Positions 1 through 6,733 of a stretch of 19,446 bases of DNA are shown here, in pieces. The notes beneath the pieces are model-generated. The model saw only the letters and a program-made list of their open reading frames with translations, made no database searches and was not told the origin of the DNA. A program made the position numbers and the translations under genes. The DNA is from Candidatus Thorarchaeota archaeon (GTDB taxonomy: Archaea; Asgardarchaeota; Thorarchaeia; Thorarchaeales; Thorarchaeaceae). Positions within the stretch are counted from its first letter, which is position 1; each line of letters opens with the position of its first letter. The stretch spans positions 16,229 to 35,674 of the forward strand of contig JBHLQM010000027.1 of NCBI GenBank assembly GCA_048884785.1. The letters are read 5' to 3'.

Positions 1-176
1 GGGTTTTGGTGCTGATGGTCATCTATCTTGTAGGGATAGGCAGTAGGACTAAAACAAAAGATGTCATCTCCAAAGTACCTTCTCCTCACATCCAGCCCTT
101 TCTGCATCCAGATTTCGAGCTCAGCTTGAGATGAATCAAGAATTTCCTGACCCTGCGCAATGATGTCAATCGTCAC
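1..176 (-). CDS. Partial CDS (N-terminus only, runs off the window start), probably a biotin-synthase-related radical SAM protein
   Basis: Not in the ORF track. Manual translation from GTG at 176 (in-frame TAA just upstream) gives MTIDIIAQGQEILDSSQAELEIWMQKGLDVRRRYFGDDIFCFSPTAYPYKIDDHQHQNP..., open to the window edge. The 'RR.FG..I..(F/Y).P' segment resembles the N-terminus of archaeal radical SAM proteins, but the CxxxCxxC motif would lie outside the window. Confidence 0.45.
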   Translation of the reverse strand, partial: MTIDIIAQGQEILDSSQAELEIWMQKGLDVRRRYFGDDIFCFSPTAYPYKIDDHQHQN

Positions 177-300
177 AAACGCCCATTATCGGTTCATTGT
201 ATATGGCTTACGGTACAAGCTGTCAAATGGCAAGCTACAAGTATATCATATGTTCAACGTGTGATTATGGTGGACTGAAATCCTCCCAGAGGTGATTCCA

Positions 301-1746
301 TTGGCATCGTGCGCAAATCTGGTCGGCGTTGATACATTCTTTAATGCCAAGAGTGTGGCAATCTACGGAGCCTCTCCAAGTCCAAATAGTGTTGGACAGG
401 CGATTATCCAGAATTTCATCAAACCTCAGTTTGAAGGGATAGTATACGCTGTCAATCCTAAATACACTGGCGTGCTCGGTGTTCCGTGTTATCCAACCCT
501 TCAAGAGATTCCAGATCCTGTCGATCTGGTTATTGTGGCGGTCCCTGCGAGAATAACTGCACGAGTGTTTGACGATATTGCTGCAAAAGGCTGTGGTGCC
601 GCAATCGTTGTTTCAGGGGGCTTCTCTGAAACAGGGCCAAGAGGAGCAGAGCTTGAGGATGAGCTGGTTGCTATTAGTCGCAAGAATGGAATCAGGATTA
701 TTGGACCAAACTGTGTGGGAGTCGTAGACACACACTCACACATTGATACATTCTTCCTGCCTGAATATCGGTGCGGGCGTCCAAAATCATCTAATGTGGC
801 TAACATCTCTCTTGTATCACAATCGGGAGCATTTGCAGCAGCAATTGCAGACTGGACATCAGAACTGGGCATTGGGATTAGTAAGATAGTCTCACTCGGT
901 AACAAATGCGATGTGGATGATGACGATCTCCTTTGCTACTTGGGGGAAGATTCTACGACACAGGTCATTTGCTATTATACTGAGGGCTATGATGAGGAAA
1001 AGGGACGCTCCTTCTTTGACACGGCCAAACAAATCACACCTGAAAAGCCTGTTTTGGTTGTGAAGTCAGGCAGAGGGGCAAGAGCAAAGGCCGCATCCAT
1101 GTCACATACTGGGTCACTCGCAGGTTCAGATAGCATCACGGATGCAGCTTACAAACAAGCGGGAATCATTCGACCTGCAAACTTTGAGCAGATGTTTGAT
1201 ATGGCTAAGGCTCTAGCAATGCAGCCTGCTGCAAAAGGTGACCGTGTTCTCATGGTAACGAACGGCGGAGGGTTGGGGGTCATGACAACAGATGCCATTG
1301 AAGCATTGGGTCTCTCTCAGCCGCCTCCATCACCTGAACTATTGGAGAGATTTCAAAGTAGGTTGCCTGCATATTGCGGTATACAGAATCCTGTGGATGT
1401 GGTTGGAGATTCAGGTTCTGATCGCTATGAGGCAGTCTTTGAAGAGGCCATTGCTAGTGATGAATACGATATCTTTATCGTAGGCATGCTCCTGCAAACC
1501 CCAAGTCTTGGAATGGAAATCACAAATCACATCGCTAATTACTCACGGCAATCAGGTTTACCATTTGTTGTAATTTCAATGGGAGGTGCATTTACGACAA
1601 AGGCAGGAGAGATAATGGAGCTGATGGGAATTCCATCATATAGCACGGGTGAGAAGGGAGCACTTGCAGCGAAAGCGCTTTCACAATATGGTGAGATTAA
1701 GTATGGAAAGAAATTCAAGAAGAAAACAAACTCCGACAAACCATAA
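301..1746 (+). CDS. acdA: Acetate/acyl-CoA ligase (ADP-forming), alpha subunit
   Basis: CoA-binding Rossmann start (SVAIYGAS, VNPK, DLVIVAVP), IIGPNC, SQSG, VSLGN, phospho-His motif SHTGSLAG, VTNGGG, NPVD. ORF track starts at 292; GAGGTGA followed by TTG at 301 is the likelier start. Confidence 0.93.
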   Translation: MASCANLVGVDTFFNAKSVAIYGASPSPNSVGQAIIQNFIKPQFEGIVYAVNPKYTGVLGVPCYPTLQEIPDPVDLVIVAVPARITARVFDDIAAKGCGAAIVVSGGFSETGPRGAELEDELVAISRKNGIRIIGPNCVGVVDTHSHIDTFFLPEYRCGRPKSSNVANISLVSQSGAFAAAIADWTSELGIGISKIVSLGNKCDVDDDDLLCYLGEDSTTQVICYYTEGYDEEKGRSFFDTAKQITPEKPVLVVKSGRGARAKAASMSHTGSLAGSDSITDAAYKQAGIIRPANFEQMFDMAKALAMQPAAKGDRVLMVTNGGGLGVMTTDAIEALGLSQPPPSPELLERFQSRLPAYCGIQNPVDVVGDSGSDRYEAVFEEAIASDEYDIFIVGMLLQTPSLGMEITNHIANYSRQSGLPFVVISMGGAFTTKAGEIMELMGIPSYSTGEKGALAAKALSQYGEIKYGKKFKKKTNSDKP

Positions 1747-1789
1747 ATATGGGGTGTCAACAAGCAGAGCCTGAGAGGTCTGAAGTCTG

Positions 1790-2515
1790 ATGAAACTGGC
1801 AAAGAAGATATTTGGAATGGCACGCTCCGAGGGAAGGTCCTTTGTCCTTGAGAATGAAGCAAAGGACATCATGAGAGAATACGGTCTGAATATTCCAGCA
1901 TATGCCACCGCAGCTACTCCTGAGGATGCTGTGAGAGAGTCTGCCAAGATTGGCTATCCTGTTGTGCTGAAAATTCTCTCAAAGGATATCCTCCATAAGT
2001 CAGATGCGGGAGGAGTCAAGCTAAATCTAAAGAACGATGCTGAAGTGAAAAAGGCATTCAGTGAGATTATGCAGAATGCAAAGAAATACGGCGAAGAGCA
2101 TGGTGTTGCAGTTGATTTGAGCCGAGGTGTCTTCATTACTGAGTTCGCAGAAATGGGAACGGAGGTCATTGTCGGGGTAACCAAGGACCCACAATTTGGA
2201 CATGCCATTATGTTTGGTCTGGGAGGCATATTTGTTGAAGTGCTGAAAGATGTCACCTTCAGATTAATACCTCTGACGGAAAATGATGCACGTGAAATGG
2301 TGAGCGAGATCAAGGCCGCAAAGATCTTGGACGGAGTAAGGGGACAGGGGCCACGAGATATTGACGCACTTGTCGACGTAATACTTGGTGTTTCGAAAAT
2401 GGTTTCTGAGAATCCAGAGATAATTGAACTTGACTGTAATCCAACCTTTGTCTATGAACGTGGAAAGGGTGCAGTGGTTGTGGATGCTAGGATCCTGATT
2501 GATACTAGCCATTAA
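1790..2515 (+). CDS. acdB: Acetate/acyl-CoA ligase (ADP-forming), beta subunit (ATP-grasp)
   Basis: GYPVVLKI, ILHKSDAGGV (second catalytic His), DPQFGHAIMFGLGGIFVEVLKDV, ELDCNP, VDARI. Lies directly after acdA. Confidence 0.94.
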   Translation: MKLAKKIFGMARSEGRSFVLENEAKDIMREYGLNIPAYATAATPEDAVRESAKIGYPVVLKILSKDILHKSDAGGVKLNLKNDAEVKKAFSEIMQNAKKYGEEHGVAVDLSRGVFITEFAEMGTEVIVGVTKDPQFGHAIMFGLGGIFVEVLKDVTFRLIPLTENDAREMVSEIKAAKILDGVRGQGPRDIDALVDVILGVSKMVSENPEIIELDCNPTFVYERGKGAVVVDARILIDTSH

Positions 2516-3698
2516 CTAGATGGTCTACAAGAACAAGACCTCTCATGATATCAGAATCATTGAGTTGACCTGGAGTTATTTTTGTGCCAGCGGAAATCAA
2601 TAGAAGCAACGAAATGACTCTGGGTACCAAACGTGAATTCTGAAGCAAAAACTCCCTGTTTCCAGCCGCATCAATAACATATCCCTCAATCCTTCGAGTG
2701 AGGAGAGAAATATGCTCGTTTAGACCCTCAGAAGGCTTCAACTGTTTGAAGAGGCGTACTACGGATTCCTCGTTGTTGAAACTATCGGGAGAGAAACCAA
2801 CACTCTCGAGTTGCTTTATTGAATCCAACGTGAACATTTCATAGTCTTCCTCTTCTATACGTTTCTTCTCTTTTCCTACACTTTGAAGCTGTGCCAGCAA
2901 GCGAAGGGAATTTGTCAAAATAGAGCGAGATGCGGCTGGACTAGAGGGAGTTAGTTGCGTTAGAAAAGAACCATGTTGTTCTTCAAGATGTGCTGCCATT
3001 GAAGAGCTAATTTGACGTTCAAATCCAGGAGAGAACGCAACGACCGCGGCATTGAGCAATTTTGAACTGGCACCAATGCGACGGCTTGCAACAAGTGCTC
3101 TGAAGTCTTCAATTGAAATGTAAAATAATAGGATTCTGATTACATCATATGCTCTCTCGAAATCCGCCTCATTGGTTGAAGACCGGCCTTCATTCCTGCA
3201 AATCAGGGCACTGAGTAATTTCCATGCTGATGATAGAGAATCACATAGTTCATTTCTAAGCCTCGATTCTGCTACTCCTTGCTCATCCAGAAACCGCTTT
3301 AGTTTCTCTTCGGCCGCATTGACTCTGTTCAGAGTTGATATATCAAGTGTGATATCAGTGACTGATTTCATGAATTCTCTCGGTTCACGTATTCTTGGTC
3401 GAAGAACTAGTGCAGGTTCTTTTCTATCGATAATCCACCATTTTGTTGTGGAAGATACCTGATCAAGCATGTCAATCGCAATCGTCAGATCGGCTCTTCC
3501 AACCACAAAACGTGAGTCAAGATAAGCAACAAGACGAGAGATGAGACCTATAAAGTGAGAGAGATGAATGGAAAGACTCTTACTTTCGAAGGCATAGCTT
3601 GAAAATCGTCCTACAAACTGACGGACTTCTTCCTGAATATCATCACCAAGACGTGTCTGAGTAAGCGCACGATAGACGTCAATTGGTGTTCTCGCCAT
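2505..3698 (-). CDS. Hypothetical all-helical protein with four apparent AAA-lid/histone-fold-like repeats
   Basis: 397-aa ORF with ATG start and a TTATATAA element upstream (3773-3780). Its 3' end overlaps acdB convergently. No Walker motifs seen. The repeat call is by eye. Confidence 0.75.
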   Translation of the reverse strand: MARTPIDVYRALTQTRLGDDIQEEVRQFVGRFSSYAFESKSLSIHLSHFIGLISRLVAYLDSRFVVGRADLTIAIDMLDQVSSTTKWWIIDRKEPALVLRPRIREPREFMKSVTDITLDISTLNRVNAAEEKLKRFLDEQGVAESRLRNELCDSLSSAWKLLSALICRNEGRSSTNEADFERAYDVIRILLFYISIEDFRALVASRRIGASSKLLNAAVVAFSPGFERQISSSMAAHLEEQHGSFLTQLTPSSPAASRSILTNSLRLLAQLQSVGKEKKRIEEEDYEMFTLDSIKQLESVGFSPDSFNNEESVVRLFKQLKPSEGLNEHISLLTRRIEGYVIDAAGNREFLLQNSRLVPRVISLLLLISAGTKITPGQLNDSDIMRGLVLVDHLVNG

Positions 3699-3808
3699 TT
3701 TTCATCATTCTCCGGAAGAAGGTCAATTATTCAGACCTATTGCACTCTACTGGGAAAGAATCGGTATTTCTATTATATAATAATGTGTCACACGTTGGTT
3801 CCTGTTGA

Positions 3809-4576
3809 CTATTTCCCAAAACGGCGAGATCTCTTCTGGTATGACCGTAAAGCGCGCCAAATATCAATTCGACGCACAGCTGGCCAATATACTTGCTCAA
3901 AATATAGTTCCGAGTAAGCAGATTGCCAGAGCAAGAATCCCGATAGCCTCTCCTCACCAGATGTACGTATGATTAAGTCTGGATCTGGAATGTCCTTTGT
4001 ATAGAGATGGTCTTCTATTAGATCCTCGTTAATGCCATCAGGCTGAAGAATACCATCCTGAATCTTGTGACTAATTGCCTTCACTGCATCAACAAGCTCA
4101 GTTCTGCCAGAGTAGCCAACTGCAATATTAAGAGAATAATCACTGTATTCTTTGGTCTCCTCTTCAGCAGCATGAATTGCCTCTTGGAGCTTCTCAGGCA
4201 AAATGTCGATCCGTCCTATGGCCTGTATGCGTACCTTGTGTTTTCGTACATCGGGATTGCCAATCACTTCAGCGAACTTGCTTTCCAGAATGCCCATGAT
4301 CTCCTCGACTTCTTCACGTGAGCGTTGAAAATTCTCAATAGAGAATGCATAGAGAGTGCATACCTTGACGCCAGCCTCCCAGAGAATCCGGAGGACCTCC
4401 ATTACCTTCTGGGCTCCGGCCCGATGGCCATACCAAGGTATTTCCAAGCCCTGTATTCTGGCGTATCGTCTGTTGCCATCAAGTATCAATCCTATATGTC
4501 GAGGGTTCTTACTCTCATCAAGCTGTCTATGCAACCACCACTCATAGAGTCGATATACAGGACCTGCAATATTCAA
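3809..4576 (-). CDS. uppS: cis-prenyltransferase (polyprenyl diphosphate synthase, UppS family)
   Basis: PRHIGLILDGNRRYA, GH..G, TLYAFSIENFQRS..EV, AVGYSGR.E, PDPDLIIRTSGEERLSGFLLWQSAYSELYF, C-terminal RRFG. TTG start. Confidence 0.97.
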   Translation of the reverse strand: MNIAGPVYRLYEWWLHRQLDESKNPRHIGLILDGNRRYARIQGLEIPWYGHRAGAQKVMEVLRILWEAGVKVCTLYAFSIENFQRSREEVEEIMGILESKFAEVIGNPDVRKHKVRIQAIGRIDILPEKLQEAIHAAEEETKEYSDYSLNIAVGYSGRTELVDAVKAISHKIQDGILQPDGINEDLIEDHLYTKDIPDPDLIIRTSGEERLSGFLLWQSAYSELYFEQVYWPAVRRIDIWRALRSYQKRSRRFGK

Positions 4577-4638
4577 CGGATCACACTACCTCATACTCGG
4601 AGATCTCGTGGGTGTAATTGGACCCACATCATTTGAGA

Positions 4639-5010
4639 TCAAATCATCTCTGCTATCTTATCAGCCGCTCGTTTCATGTCAAGGAAGACCAGGCCCAGCT
4701 TGGCTTGGTCAGTTGTAGATACCGTGAGGCAAGCGTTTAGTCCTGCCTGAATTGCAAGTAGCCATCCATTGTCACCCTTGATAATCACCTGTTCCAGCGC
4801 ACCTTTCCCAAGCTCAATTGCCGCCTTTTCTCCTAGGGTGAGCATTGCTGCAGTCATTGCTGCGACCTTCGCCTCGTCAACTTCATTGGGGAGGGCAGAT
4901 ACAATCGGAAGTCCTTCTACGCTAACTATCGCACATGCCTCTATCTCAGGGATGCTGCCTTGGAGCTCATTGAGAACTCCTTCCAGTGTATCACCGCGTG
5001 TCTGACTCAT
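4639..5010 (-). CDS. Roadblock/LC7 domain protein (MglB-like, likely GAP partner of the adjacent GTPase)
   Basis: Roadblock pattern IEACAIVSVEGLPIVSAL...VAAMTAAMLTLGEKAAIELGKGALEQVIIKGDNG...AKLGLVFLDMKR. ORF track starts at 5022; ATG at 5010 after GGTGAGG is preferred. Closely follows the GTPase stop at 5027. Confidence 0.92.
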   Translation of the reverse strand: MSQTRGDTLEGVLNELQGSIPEIEACAIVSVEGLPIVSALPNEVDEAKVAAMTAAMLTLGEKAAIELGKGALEQVIIKGDNGWLLAIQAGLNACLTVSTTDQAKLGLVFLDMKRAADKIAEMI

Positions 5011-5026
5011 TGACCTCACCATAGGT

Positions 5027-5590
5027 TCATTTGTACATACGTTTAAGGATTACCTCTCTGGCTATTGCTTGGAATGCTCTTTTAACTCCAACCCCTTGCA
5101 CTGCGATGGTCTCGTAGATTGGGACATTACTGCCAAGACCAAGGAGATCAAGCATCTCGTCTCTAGACATTCGATTTGGCAGGTCTCGTTTGTTTAGCAT
5201 GACCACTATTGGTATATTGCGACCAAGTTCATCTCCGAGGAACAACTTCAGTTCCTCAAAACTCTCCGTGTTCTCCTCCCGTTGGTCCGGTGATGAGTCG
5301 GCTACAAAGAGCAAGCCGTCTGTGCCTTGAAGCACTACTTTTCTCTGGTGGCGGTGTCGCTTCTGACCGGCTACTGTGAACACATCGAATAGAACACGAC
5401 CGCCCGCGCTCATCGGTACATAGTCAAAGAACAGTGTTCGATTCGTTTCATCTTCGATAGCTGTGAACTCACCTTTCTGGAGGCCTTCTACTTTTCCATA
5501 GAGCCATCTCAGAGCAGTGGTTTTACCACCGAGGGATGGCCCATAGAAGACCAGCTTAAGATGAATGCGTCCTTTGTCATCCTTACGCAC
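5027..5590 (-). CDS. mglA: MglA-family small Ras-like GTPase
   Basis: G1 GPSLGGKTT; switch I ETNRTLFFDYVP (MglA signature RTLFFDF with the intrinsic Arg); G3 TVAGQ (MglA TVPGQ instead of DxxG); GTDGLLFVADS; G4 NKRD; G5 TIAVQGVGV. GTG start after GAGGTG. Confidence 0.92.
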   Translation of the reverse strand: MRKDDKGRIHLKLVFYGPSLGGKTTALRWLYGKVEGLQKGEFTAIEDETNRTLFFDYVPMSAGGRVLFDVFTVAGQKRHRHQRKVVLQGTDGLLFVADSSPDQREENTESFEELKLFLGDELGRNIPIVVMLNKRDLPNRMSRDEMLDLLGLGSNVPIYETIAVQGVGVKRAFQAIAREVILKRMYK

Positions 5591-5610
5591 GATTATAGCA
5601 CCTCATTGAG

Positions 5611-5704
5611 TCACAGCTGACCCCGGTCGTAGTTGGCATGGCGAAGACCGACGACCTGCGTGGGTCTCAGGCCCTGCATCGGGAGGTTGAGTGTGTTAAA
5701 AAGC
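5611..5704 (-). promoter_or_regulatory. Putative internal promoter (TTTTTAAC) and GC-rich structured 5' leader of the GTPase gene
   Basis: TATA-like element at about 5695-5704 on the minus strand. 5611-5690 is 64% GC (51/80, hand count), with paired segments GGTCGT 5625-5630/ACGACC 5651-5656 and GACCC 5619-5623/GGGTC 5662-5666. Confidence 0.4.
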
Positions 5705-5763
5705 TAGTCTCATAAAAGCATTGCTTGAGCATACACAGGGATAGTAGCGGGTCTTTTATGGGA

Positions 5764-6225
5764 TTAGACACGCTCGAGCTCTGCGAGGGCTGACTTCAGG
5801 TCTTCCTCATCAAGCTCATCCTTGCCTGGAGATGGTTCGACTGCCAGGAACTTATCGAGCTCTTCAGCAAGCTGTACACCCTGCTTCCTCATCACAAGAC
5901 GGATCATACCGATATTGACCTCTGCTTCAGATACAACACAGAGGACGCCCTTTCCACATGCAGACGCGAATATCTTGCCCTCTGAGAACTCTGAAGTCAC
6001 TATCTCAAGCTCGCCGATCTGAAGGTTCTTACCCTGTTCTTCGCTGGCGCAGAATACAGCACTCGCGATTGCCCCGATACTATCAGTGTCTACGGCATAG
6101 TAGGACAGCTTTGACACGTTTGCAATTGTGAGGCCTGTCTTATCGACAAGAATCACTTTCTTGATTCCCTTGTCCTGCCTAATGATATCAGTCAGTATTC
6201 GATCAAATGCTTTTGGATCACTCAT
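5764..6225 (-). CDS. Roadblock/LC7 domain protein with acidic C-terminal helix extension (MglB-like)
   Basis: IKKVILVDKTGLTIA...IGAIASAVFCASEEQGKNLQIGELEIVTSEFSEGKIF...NIGMIRLVMRK, then a linker and ELDEEDLKSALAELERV. GGAG SD site upstream of ATG. Confidence 0.9.
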   Translation of the reverse strand: MSDPKAFDRILTDIIRQDKGIKKVILVDKTGLTIANVSKLSYYAVDTDSIGAIASAVFCASEEQGKNLQIGELEIVTSEFSEGKIFASACGKGVLCVVSEAEVNIGMIRLVMRKQGVQLAEELDKFLAVEPSPGKDELDEEDLKSALAELERV

Positions 6226-6237
6226 GATAGTATCTCC

Positions 6238-6537
6238 TTATTCATTGTTCTTTAGGACCACTAGGATAAGTCCTTCCTTTGGTTCCGGGGCGATATTAAT
6301 CTGCCCACGACTGGTGTCGAGGGTCAGAAACGACAGCGTCCCCTCCTTTAGTTCGCGAACGGCATCCATTGCCTTGCCAACCAAGGAGGTTATGATAGCA
6401 GCGACGATTTCTGTAGTTTCGGGGTCAATATCGCTACTGAGGGGTAGTCCTTCCATTGTGGTAACGACTACTCCGCGGACACCTTCTTGTGCCCTCAGTC
6501 GCTTAAGAATTGCTTGAAGTTTTTCTTGACTTATCAA
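6238..6537 (-). CDS. Short Roadblock/LC7 protein resembling dynein light chain roadblock type (no C-terminal alpha3 helix)
   Basis: [32 protein letters not shown]...KAMDAVRE...LSFL...INIAP...LVVLKN. The ORF track's first 36 aa (from 6645) look non-coding. TTG at 6537 after GCGGGGA gives 99 aa. Confidence 0.9.
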   Translation of the reverse strand: MISQEKLQAILKRLRAQEGVRGVVVTTMEGLPLSSDIDPETTEIVAAIITSLVGKAMDAVRELKEGTLSFLTLDTSRGQINIAPEPKEGLILVVLKNNE

Positions 6538-6679
6538 ACTTGGGAATCCCCGCTGCTGTCTTGTGCAATTCGCAAATCTTACCACTCTGGAGAGTATTTT
6601 AGAGTTGTGGAGATGTGCTACGCGCAGATAGGTGATTTTGCGCATTTTGTTATAATCTTGTATTCTCCGTGTATGTATG

Positions 6680-6723
6680 AAAAAAGGATTGGATAGCGCA
6701 ATAATCGACCTTACGCGCTATCC
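6680..6723 (-). terminator. Hairpin plus oligo-T terminator downstream of the Sec23/24-like gene
   Basis: Perfect 9-bp inverted repeat GGATAGCGC (6691-6699)/GCGCTATCC (6715-6723), followed on the minus strand by AATCC-TTTTTT, starting 10 nt after the stop codon. Confidence 0.7.
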
Positions 6724-6733
6724 TGAGCGAAGA

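Noticed and set aside
5027-5590. Calling the GTPase a Sar1/Arf or Rag orthologue
   Set aside because: It lacks DxxG and an N-terminal amphipathic helix, has no fused roadblock domain, and carries MglA-specific RTLFFD and TVxGQ motifs.
5611-5690. tRNA or other known ncRNA in the GC-rich intergenic segment
   Set aside because: No cloverleaf or T-loop GTTCRA motif was recognised; it is kept only as a candidate leader.
6538-6645. 36-aa N-terminal extension of the short roadblock
   Set aside because: It runs through the promoter/leader region; TTG at 6537 with an SD-like site gives a normal roadblock length.
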